Origin: an uncultured Gammaproteobacteria bacterium
Lineage (GTDB): Bacteria > Pseudomonadota > Gammaproteobacteria > DRLM01
Assembly: GCA_963729605.1 (NCBI GenBank)
Contig: CAVSNY010000002.1
Span: 1-64,000 of the forward strand
Direction: 5' to 3'
Length of the DNA: 64,000 bases
Part shown: piece by piece, positions 31,633 through 42,623 of the stretch
How positions within the stretch are numbered: the stretch's first letter is position 1
Layout: each line of letters starts with the position of its first letter
The notes under the pieces: model-generated
Database searches by the model: none
Seen by the model: the letters and a program-made list of their open reading frames with translations, nothing else
What the model was told of the DNA's origin: nothing
Made by a program: the position numbers and the translations under genes

Positions 31633-31902
31633 GGTGCCGAGATCATGAAAACGTCGATGTGTATTGGGGTGGATGCGAGGTATCCCGCGCTCAATGGCGG
31701 AAACAAGGTGGGATTCGCGCATTCACCCGTATCGAGGAACGAAGCGTAAGCTCCGCGGCATATGGCCGCCGGCGCAGCGCGTTATTTTTCATATCCGATT
31801 TCGCATCAAATGCCCCGCTGTTTTTAGCAATAAAAAATCTTCGTTGTTACCCTTGCGCCGTCCAGTTTGCCTGAAACGGGTTTTATGCGTTCGAACATCC
31901 GA

Positions 31903-32994
31903 TCAAAACGCCGCTCCGCATGCGCGCGGCGGGGCCGCTGAGGGGTCATGGAGGATCACGGCGGCAACGCCGGGTCGTGCCGGCACTGTGCGTTGAAGTT
32001 GCAACACCCCGCCGCCGGCGCCGATCTCATAAATGGAAATGCTGCTGGCCCGCACATTGGCGCTGTAAAGATAGCGGCCATTGGGATGCACGCTCACCGA
32101 GAAGGGGCCGGTCCCGGAAGCGCTGTTCATGAGATGGCGCAACCCGCCGTCGTCTTGATTCAGCGCGAACACCGCCACATCGTCGCTGCCGAAATTGGCG
32201 CTGTACAAATGGTGTTGGAGCGGCGACAGCGCCAGGGCGTAGGGGTAGAGCGGCGCGGGAAATTCGCCGAGCGGCAGCAAGGCGCCGCTGTCGCGGTCGA
32301 TGCGGAAGCTGAGGATGGTACTGGCGATGCCGTTGGCGATGTAGAGATAACGACCGTGTTTATCCACCGCGATGGCGCTGGGCTGCGCGCTGGTCGCCAC
32401 CGTGGCCAGCGGAGTCAGCGCGCCGCTGTTGGTGTCGATGCCGAACACCTCGGCGGTATCCGACAGATAATTCGCCACATAGGCGTAACGGCCGCCAGGC
32501 CCGATGGTGATGGCGAGCGGGTAGTCGCCGGTGGCGTAGATCCCGATTTCATGCAGTCCGCCATCGCCGGCGACGCGGTAGGCGGAAAGACTGTCGTTAT
32601 AGGCGTTGGCGACATAGAGAAAGCGGCCGTTCGGCGTTATCGCCACGGCCTCGGGTATCGCCTGAGTGGCGGCATCGGGGGGTTGGTGAGTGAGGCCGCC
32701 GGTCGCCGGGTCGATGGCGTAGACCGCCACCGTGTTGTCATGCAGGTGCGTGACATAGAGATAATCGCCGCCGGGGTGTATCGCCAAGGCCCGCGGCCCC
32801 GCGCCCGCCGCTACGCTGCCCAGCGCGATCAATCCGCCGCTGCGGTCGTCGATGAGATAAGTCGAGAGGGTGTTGTCGTAGAGATTCGCGCTGTACAAGA
32901 ACCGCGCGCCGGCTCGAGCCTCGGCGCCGCCCGCCGCAACGTTGAAACTCAGCAAGCACAGGAGGCATAAGCAAATCGTGCAGCGAACGCCCAT
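31903..32994 (-). CDS. Exported lactonase-family (6-phosphogluconolactonase-like) beta-propeller
   Basis: Repeated blades P..(I/V).P.G..LY.AN...(V/L)..(Y/F).ID..G.L; signal-like N-terminus from ATG 32994. Confidence 0.85.
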   Translation of the reverse strand: MGVRCTICLCLLCLLSFNVAAGGAEARAGARFLYSANLYDNTLSTYLIDDRSGGLIALGSVAAGAGPRALAIHPGGDYLYVTHLHDNTVAVYAIDPATGGLTHQPPDAATQAIPEAVAITPNGRFLYVANAYNDSLSAYRVAGDGGLHEIGIYATGDYPLAITIGPGGRYAYVANYLSDTAEVFGIDTNSGALTPLATVATSAQPSAIAVDKHGRYLYIANGIASTILSFRIDRDSGALLPLGEFPAPLYPYALALSPLQHHLYSANFGSDDVAVFALNQDDGGLRHLMNSASGTGPFSVSVHPNGRYLYSANVRASSISIYEIGAGGGVLQLQRTVPARPGVAAVILHDPSAAPPRACGAAF

Positions 32995-33424
32995 CGGGAT
33001 GCCATCCGTTTTGAATGATTGCCGCGGAAAACGCTGAAAATCGCTCCATGAATTTTCGGGGCCGAAAAACAAAAATGTGATTTTTGCCTTCTTCAATTTC
33101 CAGTCATGGCAGCGATTGGCGGGTGACGGCGGATCTTTTGCGCCGCACGGAGGCTCTACTAAATCAGAGGTTCCTTGGGTTAAGTATAGTTCGCGCGCGG
33201 GGCGGCGCGATTTTGTCCGGGCGCTTGATCATCCAAGTTGCTCAAGCAAGCACGGTACGCCTGATTGGATCGTATGCAAAAGCCGACTATAGTTGTTAGA
33301 GCAACCGTGCGTTGCAAATCGTTCCACCCGACCTGCATTCCTTGAATTTCAGGCTGAGATCGTTAATGTCTCTTGCGCCGTGGTTGCCGGCGCGATGACG
33401 GTTATCGTAAAAAGGAGATGAGCC

Positions 33425-33727
33425 ATGGTTAAACTGGGTTTGTTTGTCCGACTGGAAGCCAAACCGGGTAAAGAAGCGGCCGTCGAGGATTTTTTGTGCG
33501 GCGGATTACCGGTGGTCGAGCAGGAGCCGGCGACCACCGCCTGGTTCGCGCTGCGTTTGGGGCCGAGCAGCTTCGGCATTTTCGATGTCTTCCCCAATGA
33601 GGCGGGCCGCCAGGCGCATCTAGCGGGCCGGGTTGCCGCGGCCTTGATGGCCCAGGCCCCCGACCTGTTGGCGCAAGCGCCGGTCATCGAGAAGATCGAG
33701 GTGCTCGCCGCCAAGCTGCCCGGTTAG
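33425..33727 (+). CDS. Antibiotic biosynthesis monooxygenase (ABM) family protein
   Basis: VRLEAKPGKE, EPAT, FGIFDVF..GRQAHL; AAGGAG RBS. Confidence 0.88.
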   Translation: MVKLGLFVRLEAKPGKEAAVEDFLCGGLPVVEQEPATTAWFALRLGPSSFGIFDVFPNEAGRQAHLAGRVAAALMAQAPDLLAQAPVIEKIEVLAAKLPG

Positions 33728-33898
33728 CGCGTTTGCGCATACCGCGCCGTCTGCCGTTGTCGGCGCATGAAGCGGCATGTAAAACTGCCGTGCTGCTACG
33801 GCGCGGCGGTGGCGGGATTGCGCGGCGCCGAGGCCGAAGGCGTTGGGTCTGCGCGTATTGATTGAACCCTGAGTATTCAATGAGTCCTGGAGAAAATA

Positions 33899-34543
33899 AT
33901 GGCGGTTGAACCCCGGCTCCGCATCGATGTGTGGAGCGATTATGTGTGTCCGTTCTGTTACCTGGAGTTGCCGGTGCTTGACCGCTTGCAGGAGACCTTC
34001 GGCGCCGAGTTGCAAATCCATTGGCGGGCGTTTGAACTCAGACCCGAGCCCGTGCCCACCCTCGATCCAGCCGGCAATTATCTGCGCGACATCTGGGCGC
34101 GCGCCGTGTATCCGATGGCGGCGCGGCGCGGCATGACATTGCGCCTGCCGCCGGTGCAGCCGCGCAGCCGGCGGGCCTTGGAGGCCGCGGTGCACGCGCG
34201 CGAACAAGGCGGTTTCGATGTCATGCACCATGCCTTGTTCCGCGGGTTTTTCGAGGACGGCCGCGACATCGGTCAAACCGAAGTCCTGCTGGAAATCGCC
34301 GCATCGGTGGGAATGCAAATCGAGCCTCTGCAACAAGCGCTGGCGGAGGGACGCCACACCGCCGAGGTCTTGCGCGACCAGCGGCTGGCGAACGACCTGG
34401 GCGTGTCCGCCGTCCCGACTCTGCTGTTGCGCACGTCGGGCGCGGAATGGCGCGACGCGCTTCCGCTGAGCGGCGCCCTGTCCTACGAACATGTGTTCGG
34501 GGTGGTGGAGAATCTGCGGCGCGGTGAGGTCGCAGCGCGTTGA
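33899..34543 (+). CDS. DsbA-family (FrnE-like) oxidoreductase
   Basis: IDVWSDYVCPFCY, WRAFELRP, GVSAVPT. Confidence 0.9.
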   Translation: MAVEPRLRIDVWSDYVCPFCYLELPVLDRLQETFGAELQIHWRAFELRPEPVPTLDPAGNYLRDIWARAVYPMAARRGMTLRLPPVQPRSRRALEAAVHAREQGGFDVMHHALFRGFFEDGRDIGQTEVLLEIAASVGMQIEPLQQALAEGRHTAEVLRDQRLANDLGVSAVPTLLLRTSGAEWRDALPLSGALSYEHVFGVVENLRRGEVAAR

Positions 34544-34732
34544 ATGGCGGCCGGCGATGAGCGCCACGTGATCCGCTGCCGACGCATGGCCGGCATGTCT
34601 TTACTTGCGGGCCCTGCGATATGCGGCATGTCGTCACGCAGGGTAGATGGCGCATTGCCTGCGTGAAATGAAATTACAAAGGGCCGGGTGAACAAGCTCG
34701 GCTCGTTAATTGCCGAGGGCGTCGATGACTAT

Positions 34733-34771
34733 CCCCTCTCCCGCGGGCGGGAGAGGGCCAGGGTGAGGGGG
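34733..34771. repeat. GC-rich REP-like palindrome
   Basis: CCCTCTCCCGC-GG-GCGGGAGAGGG followed by CAGGGTGAGGGG, between convergent genes. Confidence 0.6.
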
Positions 34772-34918
34772 TGAAGCAAGAGTGCCGCGCGGGCGCCGCA
34801 ATGCTACACCGATGCGCCCTCACTCCACGGCTACGCCCCCTCGCGCCGTTCTCCACCGCGGGGGTTACATCGGCCATGCCGTCGCCGGCCTACTCGCGGC
34901 TACCGCGCCTCGCCGGGA

Positions 34919-37084
34919 TCAAGACACCGCCTGCAATTTGGCGTAGGCCAACACCAGCCACTTGCTGCCCGCGGCGGCGAAGTTGACCTGCACGCGCGCG
35001 CTGCTGCCCTGGCCTTCGTAATTGGTGACGACACCTTCGCCGAATGTGGCGTGCATCACGTGTTGTCCCAGCCGTAAACCGCCGGGTGGGTTTTCCGCCG
35101 CCGGCGCCGCGTAATTCGTTAAACCGGCCGGCGGTGAGATGCGCGCGTGCGACCGCACCTCGCGTATCAATTCCGCCGGAATCTCGCTCAAAAAACGCGA
35201 AGGACGCGGAAAGGTTTCACTGCCGTGCAGACGGCGGCTCTCGGCGTGGGTGAGATACAACTCGCGCTCGGCGCGGGTGATGCCGACGTAACATAAGCGT
35301 CGCTCTTCTTCGAGCCGGCCCGGTTCCTCGATCGACATCTGATGCGGAAATAAACCTTCTTCCACGCCGCAGATGAACACCAGGGGAAACTCCAGGCCTT
35401 TCGCCGAGTGCAGCGTCATCAACTGCACGCAGTCGTCCCATTGATTGGCTTGGCCTTCGCCCGCCTCCAACGCGGCGTGGGTGAGAAACGCGGAAAGCGG
35501 ATCGAGTTCGCTGTCCTCCGGCGCGGGGAATTGCCGCGCGGCGGTGACCAGCTCTTCCAGGTTTTCCACCCGCGCCTGACCGATCTCGCCCTTTTCCTTG
35601 CGGTAGTGGTCGAGCAGGCCGCTGTGATGAATGACGTGTTCAGTCTTGTCGCCCAGCTCCAATTGCGCGGTGTCGGCGGCGAGGCGTTCGATGAGATCGA
35701 CGAATATTTTTAGCGCCGAACTGGCGCGCCCCGTCAAATCGGTAGTGGCGAGCAGCATGCGGCAAGCACTGAACAGCGGGATCTGTTTTTGCCGCGCGAG
35801 ATCGCGCACCGTCGCCACCGTGCGTTCGCCGATGCCGCGGGTCGGCGTGTTCACCACCCGCTCGAACGAGGCGTCGTCGTCGCGGTTGGCGATGAGGCGG
35901 AGATAGGCGAGGGCGTCCTTGATTTCGGCGCGCTCGAAGAAACGCAGTCCGCCGTAAACGCGATAAGGCATGCCGACCGCCAGCAGCGCCTCTTCCAACA
36001 CCCGCGATTGCGCGTTGGAGCGATAAAGAATCGCCGCCTCGTCGCGGCGGTTGCCTTCCTCCGCCCAGCGCCGCAGACGTTCGACGATGAAACGCGCCTC
36101 GTCGAATTCGTTGAAGGCCGCGTAGAGCAGGATGGGCTCACCTTGTTCGCCGCGGGTCCACAGCTCCTTGCCGAGGCGGCCGCTGTTGTGACCGATCAGC
36201 GCGTTGGCCGCCTCGAGTATGGTGCGTGTCGAACGGTAATTTTCCTCGAGGCGCAACACCCGCGTGCCGGGAAAATCCTTGCTGAAACGCTGAATGTTTT
36301 CGATGCGCGCGCCGCGCCAGCCATAAATCGATTGATCGTCGTCGCCCACCGCGAACAGATAACGCGATCGCCCGCCAGCAATCGCAGCCAGGCGTATTGC
36401 AAGGTGTTGGTGTCCTGAAACTCATCGACCAGAATGTGCTGAAAGCGCTGGCGGTAGTGGGCGAGCAGCGCGGTGTTGTCGCGTAATAACTCGTGCGCGC
36501 GCAGCAGCAACTCGGCGAAATCCACCAGTCCGGCACGCCGGCAATTGTCCTCGTAAGCCTGATAAATGCGCAGCATCTGGGTCGTGAAGAGGTCGCCGCG
36601 GGCGTCGACGTGCTGCGGGCGCAGGCCCTCCTCCTTGCGGCCGTTGATGAACCACTGCGCCTGTTTGGGCGGCCACTGGGCCTCGTCGATCTCCAAGCTC
36701 TTCAGCAGGCGGCGGATCAACGCGGTATTGATCGTCGGAATCGAGGATTTGAAAGGTCTGCGGCAGATGGGCCTCGCGCCAGTGCGCGCGCAACAAACGG
36801 TGCGCGAGGCTGTGGAAGGTGCCCACCCACATGCCGCCCACCGGGATACCCAGCAGTTGTTCGGTGCGGCCGCGCATCTCGGCGGCGGCCTTGTTGGTGA
36901 AGGTCACCGCCAGCATGCCGTAGGGCGAGGCGCCCTCGACGCGGATCAGCCAGGCGATGCGGTGCACCAGCACGCGGGTCTTGCCGCTGCCGGCACCGGC
37001 GATCACCAGCACCGGCCCGGCCGGGCTGGTCACCGCGTCGCGCTGGGCATCGTTAAGGGGGTCGAGCAGATCGGAAACATCCAT
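34919..37084 (-). CDS. uvrD: DNA helicase II, interrupted by two frameshifts (near 36721 and 36362)
   Basis: AGAGSGKTR, AVTFTNKAA, VDEFQDTN, GDDDQSIYGWRGA, TLHSAKGLEF and EEERRL spread over three consecutive overlapping ORFs. Confidence 0.92.
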
Positions 37085-37177
37085 GGCGGGCATTTTAACA
37101 GATGCGGCGGGGGTGCCGGGGATGCGTTGAGTGTGAGGAGGAGAGGGTTGTTGGGCATTATCCCGCTTCAATCTTTT

Positions 37178-37250
37178 GAGTGGCAGGCCCGCATGCTGGG
37201 GGGGTGTGGGGGAGTGACGGAGCGATGCAGAAGCTTGCCCGATACCCAAT
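37178..37250 (+). other. Degenerate group II intron 3' end (D5/D6-like remnant)
   Basis: GGCCCGCATGCTGG..TGTGGGGGAG...TACCCAAT ending exactly at the stop codon of the opposite-strand gene. Confidence 0.4.
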
Positions 37251-37921
37251 TAAAGCGCGTTCTGCAATAGGCTTTTTGCGACACTCTCGACGAGGCTGAC
37301 CTTGCCGTAAATTAGCTCACTATGTGCGCTGTCAGTCCTGTCGAGCATTAGGTAGGGTATCCCGAGATAGTCACAGTAGAGTTTTAATTGAGGCTTGTCC
37401 GGTTCGCCCGCATGAGCGACTAGGTGGCGAACTAATTTGCACTCGGTTCTCGGATTTGGGGGAAGGCTCGCGTCTTTATATTCTGGGTAGTCGCTAGACT
37501 CCGGAAAAGATAACTCGATAATTTGAAATAGAAGCATGATCTTTGTCATCGGGTCTTCTGCGGCTGCCGCAAGTGCCCAAAGTCGTAGTTGGATTGGAAG
37601 GATGTAGTTCCACTTCTGCGGTCCAGTTCCAGCCGGGATTGCTCCATGGATGGCCCAACTTAGCCGAAGATCGGCAGTGACACTTTTGGTCAACATTTGC
37701 GCATTCAAGCGAACGCAGGTTAGGAAGAAGAGCCGATCAAGTTCTCGATCAATCAAGTACTGTGCCGTCTTGTCCTCCTCTTGCGGTGTAGTAATTGCGA
37801 TGTATGTGCCGTCGTCTAGCGTATCGACGGTCATCGACTCCGGTAGTATCGAGCGCAATGACCGCAGATCGACGTCGAGTTTCTCACCCTTATGTATGAG
37901 ACGGAAGCGTGTTACTGGCAT
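37250..37921 (-). CDS. Hypothetical protein with a C-terminal HEPN-like motif
   Basis: LLFQIIE followed by RHLVAH (R-x4-H) in a helical C-terminal half. Confidence 0.65.
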   Translation of the reverse strand: MPVTRFRLIHKGEKLDVDLRSLRSILPESMTVDTLDDGTYIAITTPQEEDKTAQYLIDRELDRLFFLTCVRLNAQMLTKSVTADLRLSWAIHGAIPAGTGPQKWNYILPIQLRLWALAAAAEDPMTKIMLLFQIIELSFPESSDYPEYKDASLPPNPRTECKLVRHLVAHAGEPDKPQLKLYCDYLGIPYLMLDRTDSAHSELIYGKVSLVESVAKSLLQNAL

Positions 37922-38074
37922 TGAAAAAATACCGCATCAATTTTGGCTCGCGGGCTGCATTTTTGTAGATATCAACGAGCCGTGCTCAACGTTCGAGGAT
38001 GCTCTTCAAAGCGGCCGTTCAAATGCATCGCCCGCACGTGATCACCTATGCTGTGCCGTATGCACTTGCTAATC

Positions 38075-40452
38075 TCACGGCACATTGGTCACCTGCACGA
38101 CGGCATTAGCCATAGTTATGTACAGCGTGGTGCCGGCTATCGAAACGCCAATTGGCAAATTCAATACGCCGGGTAACGCGCCTGGTACAAACCCTCTTGC
38201 GCCGGCTGTGCCTACAACAGTCGAGACGATCCCTGTTGGGGTGATCTTGCGGATGATGTGGTTGCCGGTATCCGCGACATATACATTACCAGCAGCATCG
38301 GTCGCGATGCCTTTTGGTCCGTTAAAGCTTGCTGCGCCTCCGATACCATCAACGTGCCCTACTACATGAGACGTGCCGGCCAGTGTCGTGACAACCCCTT
38401 CCGAGGTGATCTTACGGATGATGTGGTTGCCAGTGTCTGCAACATAAATATTCCCGTTAGCGTCGGTCGCGATGCCTACAGGAGAGACAAAACTTGCTGC
38501 CGATCCTGTTCCGTCCGCACCGTCACCCACGCAGGACAAATTAGGTCGCCAAGTAAAACCAGCCAAGGTGGTAACATTCCCAGCCGGAGTAATTTTGCGG
38601 ATGGTGCAATTGTAGGTATCCGCTACATAGATGTTGCGGTTAGGGTCTGCAGCAACACCCATGGGTGAGGAAAAACGTGCACTCGGGCCACTGCCATCGG
38701 CACTGCCTGGCCATGGCGGTGAAAAACCGGCAAGCGTCGTAACGTCCCCCGATGGGCTGATCTTGCGAATTGTGCTGTTTCCAGTGTCCGCGATATACAC
38801 ATAACCTGCATTGTCGGTCGTGACCCCACGGGGGGAAGAAAACAGTGCACCTGAAGCAGGGCCGTCGCTATTGCCATTTACCCCTGCCGCACCAGCCAGA
38901 GTTGTAACCGCGCCAGCCGGTGTGATCTTGCGGATCGTATGATTCCCGGTGTCCGCCACATAGATGTTACTGAGGCTATCGGTAGCAATGCCCGCAGGGC
39001 CCGTAAAACGCGCGGTCTCGCCTACACCGTCAGTAGTGCCAGACAAATCGGGGGCACCGGCTAGCGTAGTCGTCACACCAGCCGGCGTAATCTTGCGGAT
39101 AACATGACTGCCTCCATCCGCCACATAGACATTTCCATCGATATCAACTGCAACACCATACGGGCCTCTAAAACTCGCTGTTGCACCAACACCATCAGCG
39201 TAGCCAGCGACGCCGGCGGTACCTGCTAATGTCGTTACGATACCCTCTGAGGTTATTTTGCGAATAGTGTTGTTTCCAGTGTCCGCTACAAAGGCATTGC
39301 CATCGCGATCAATTGCAATACCTGTTGGATTTAGAAACCTCGCCGCTGCCCCAGTGCCATCGACATTTCCTCCGCCTATAGCTCCAGCCAGCGTGGTGAC
39401 AACCCCGGCCTGAGTAATTTTACGGATTTCGTTGTGGTAGACATCCGTGACATAAACATTACCAGCTGCGTCGGTAGCAACAGCGGACGGGATAAAAAAA
39501 GAAGCCGGTGAATGAAGATCGATGTAAGTGGTCCCCGCCAGTGTCGTGACTACTCCCTCTGGCGTGATTTTGCGGATATTATGGTTGCCGTAATCCGCGA
39601 CGTAAATGTTTCCATGAATGTCGGTAGCAATGTCTACTGGCGAATGAAAACTAGCGGCTGCGCCGATGCCATTAGCGCTACCAGTTATACCTGCGGTCCC
39701 CGCCAATGTGGTAACTACACCGAGTGAGGTGATCTTGCGAATGGTGTGGTTGCCCTGATCTGCCACATAGATGTTTCCGCTAGTGTCAGTCGCAATCCCC
39801 GCAGGAATTTCAAAACGCGCGGCGCCGCCAATTCCATCAGCACTACCCATCGCTCCTGCGGAGCCAGCCAATGTCGTGACGACCCCCGTCGGCGTAATCT
39901 TGCGGATAACATGATTTCCTCCATCCGCCACATAAATATTTCCATTTCCATCCGTGGCAACAGCGTGCGGAAGGTCAAATCGCGCTGCTGTGCCATTACC
40001 ATTGGTATTGCCTGCGCCACCCGGATTTCCCGCTAGCAGCGATAGCACTGGAAGCGTTACACAGGTCACGACTATATTTGTGACGTTCGCATCAGCTATG
40101 GCACCGGAGCCATTTGTTATGGTGCAGTTTTGACCCGTCGGCGATATACCAATGGCTACGCCGTATGCGGAGCCGGAACTCAAAGTCGTCGCAAATTGAA
40201 AAGGTCCATCGGCGTTTAGATTGAGCTCATCGTAGCCATTGTTGCGAAACGCGACCGTGCCCTCTAACCCGATATGGTACCGCCTACGGTATAGCTGGAA
40301 TTAGAACCAGCACCGCCGCCGCACGCCGCAAGCCCGAACAACGCAATCAGGATGAGAACTAAGAAACAGCAACTCGTGCGCTGTGACGCTCGCGCACGAG
40401 AGCCGCTGGCTCGGTAGAGAGCCTCGTCCAAGCACACGGGAATTGCATGCAT
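38075..40452 (-). CDS. NHL-repeat beta-propeller lipoprotein, frameshifted near 40266
   Basis: About 11 repeats of F..P.GIA.D..GNIYVADT.N..IRKIT..G.VTTLAG; lipobox LAAC-GGG in the upstream ORF joins if one base is added at TCGGGTTAGAG. Confidence 0.85.
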
Positions 40453-40509
40453 GTCAGAAATAATCGTATTATTTTCATTGTGATATTTTAAGGAAATATA
40501 CCGCGGATG

Positions 40510-40620
40510 ATCGTGATCTCGCAAGGGCAACCCCTTCGCGACGGCGGTGAATTACCGGTCGTTTGCCGCGAGCTGCGGTTCGATCATCCGCTTCGCGCGG
40601 CCTTAACTCCAACGTTGAGC
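40510..40620 (+). other. Degenerate attC-like site
   Basis: Ends GCGGCCTTAACTCCAACGTTGAGC (GTTRRRY core); the left RYYYAAC box is not recognisable. Confidence 0.35.
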
Positions 40621-40659
40621 CTGTAGAAAACCCATTTTCGCATCTATACTGCTCGCTCA

Positions 40660-41111
40660 ACTGTCAGAAGAGCTTGAGCAGAAAGATGCTGGATCGGCAG
40701 ATCAAAAATCAGTGAGCTCAAGATGAGCGCATCAGACGCTGATGGCGCTCGAAGGTGTCGGCCCCATCAGCGCCAGCGCGCTAGTCTCAGCCATCGGTGA
40801 TGCTCGCCAGTTCAAGAGTGGCCGGGATCTCGCCGCCTGGTTGGGGCTGGTTCCCAGTCAACACTCCAGTGGTGGCAAGGAGCGATTGGGGGCGATCTCA
40901 AAGCGCGGCGACACATACCTGCGCACCTTGTTGATTCATGGAGCACGCGGTGATCAGCAGCTGCGAAAAGAAAGAGGATCTTAAGAGCCAATGGTTCAAA
41001 GGAATCATGGCGAGGCGCAACAAGAATATCGCCACGGTAGCGCTTGCCAATAAAAACGCCCGTGTTATCTGGGCGGTTCTCAGTCGCGGTGAAAATTATC
41101 AGCCGGCCTGA
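40660..41111 (+). pseudogene. IS110-family (IS1111 group) transposase, C-terminal fragment with a frameshift
   Basis: EGVGPISA, FKSGRDLAAWLGLVPSQHSSGGK, SKRGDTYLRTLLIHGAR, then shifted VALANKNARVIWA; RuvC-like DEDD domain absent. Confidence 0.9.
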
Positions 41112-41159
41112 GAGGGTGGGCGCATTGTAAGAAATAGGTTTTGCAGGAGAAGGAGCGTT

Positions 41160-41345
41160 CCACCACGATTGCAGAGTGAATTGTATTGATGACAACCGGT
41201 CGAACCGGCACGTGTGAAACCTGACTATTGCGTGGGCCCTCTGGAAACAAGGCCGCTAGGGCGATCAGCTACACGTGAGTGGATATTCATTATGGCTCTG
41301 GGTATAAGCACCCTATACAGAAGCCGGATATACGGAAGCAGTCGT
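41160..41345 (+). ncRNA. IS1111-type bridge RNA/seekRNA region
   Basis: Long downstream non-coding end with nested stems and internal loops matching the flanking target and the IS end; boundaries approximate. Confidence 0.7.
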
Positions 41346-41381
41346 ACTTGGGTTGTCAGAAAAACAGTTTGTTTGCAAAAC

Positions 41382-41399
41382 GGGAGGAGTCCATATACA
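41382..41399 (+). mobile_element. IS1111-group right end with sub-terminal inverted repeat
   Basis: GGGAGGAGTCCATATACA. Confidence 0.75.
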
Positions 41400-41513
41400 C
41401 AATAATCAAAGGGCATTGCGCCCTACGCGCTTAGAGTAACAAACAGAGAACAAGGCGCGGAATAGTGAGGGCATACGCCACGACTTACCTTTTATGTGTT
41501 CCCTAAGTGAGGG

Positions 41514-42623
41514 TTAGGCGATTGAAGTCAGCGCATAGCTGGTGCTTCGACCGCCTCCCGGTTCGCGCACGAGAATACCCCTACTGATGAGGTCGTTGAT
41601 GTCGCGCAAAGCGGTATCGGGCGAAGACTTTGTAAGCTGCGCCCATTTGGAAGACGTCATCTTGCCTTCAAATCCATCCAGCAGTCGATTGACAATTTTG
41701 CGCTGACGCTCATTAAGCGGATGATCTTTGAACGTCTCCCAAAACCGCGCCTTTTGAATGACGCCCGCAAGCGTCTGCTCCGCTCCTTCGATTGCGCGGT
41801 CAAGGCATTCCAAGAACCATTCCAGCCACGCGGTGATATCGAGAGCGCCCTTCTGCGTGGCTTCCAGAACGTCGTAATAGGCTTTGCGCTCAAGCCGGAT
41901 TTGCGCCGACATGCTGTAGAAGCGCTGCGGGCTTTGCTCGGACCGCGCCAACGCCATATCTGCAATGGCGCGCGCAATCCGCCCGTTTCCATCGTCAAAC
42001 GGGTGGATGGTGACAAACCATAAATGCGCTAGGGCGGCCTTGAGCACTGGATCGTGCGAGGTGTCTTCGCCGAACCATTTTAGGAAGGCCGCCACTTCTG
42101 ATTCAAGGCGAGACGCTTTTGGCGCTTCGTAATGCACACGCTCGCGCCCGATTGAGCCGGAGACGACCTGCATCGGACCTGAGCTATCGTCGCGCCACGC
42201 CCCGACGATGATTTTGGTCATGCCGCTGCGCCCGGTCGGGAACAGGGCGGCGTGCCATGCAAAGAGCCGTTCGTCCGTCAGCGGCGCTTGAAATTTCTGG
42301 GTGGCGTCAAGCATCATTTCCACGACGCCTTCGACGTTCCGGTCAGCTGGAGCAAGTGCGCCGATATCCATCCCGAGCCGTCGCGCGATGGACGACCGGA
42401 CTTGTTCCTTATCGAGTATCTCGCCTTCGATCTCGCTGGACTTGAGAACATCCTCCGTGAGGGTGGCGAGGACGGCCTCCGCGCGCAAATCGAATCCCAG
42501 TGCTTCCATTCGCCCAATCAGCCGCCCCTGCCGATGGCGAACTGGTGCAAGGCGCTGAGCCAGCGCCCCTTCGTCCCATCGGAAATTCGGCCAATCTTGC
42601 AATTCGTGGATATACGTCGGCAT
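41514..42623 (-). CDS. Fic family protein with an N-terminal DUF4172-like region and C-terminal winged helix
   Basis: HPFDDGNGRIAR, inhibitory-like SSEIEGE, YIHELQDWPNFRW start, GGGRSTSY end. Confidence 0.92.
   Translation of the reverse strand: MPTYIHELQDWPNFRWDEGALAQRLAPVRHRQGRLIGRMEALGFDLRAEAVLATLTEDVLKSSEIEGEILDKEQVRSSIARRLGMDIGALAPADRNVEGVVEMMLDATQKFQAPLTDERLFAWHAALFPTGRSGMTKIIVGAWRDDSSGPMQVVSGSIGRERVHYEAPKASRLESEVAAFLKWFGEDTSHDPVLKAALAHLWFVTIHPFDDGNGRIARAIADMALARSEQSPQRFYSMSAQIRLERKAYYDVLEATQKGALDITAWLEWFLECLDRAIEGAEQTLAGVIQKARFWETFKDHPLNERQRKIVNRLLDGFEGKMTSSKWAQLTKSSPDTALRDINDLISRGILVREPGGGRSTSYALTSIA

Noticed and set aside
36349-36730. Programmed frameshifting in uvrD or gspF
   Set aside because: No slippery heptamer at the shift sites and no precedent known to me; error or mutation is more likely
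38075-40000. Periodic DNA repeats that could suggest a CRISPR array
   Set aside because: They are degenerate in-frame NHL protein repeats; no identical repeat-spacer structure and no cas genes
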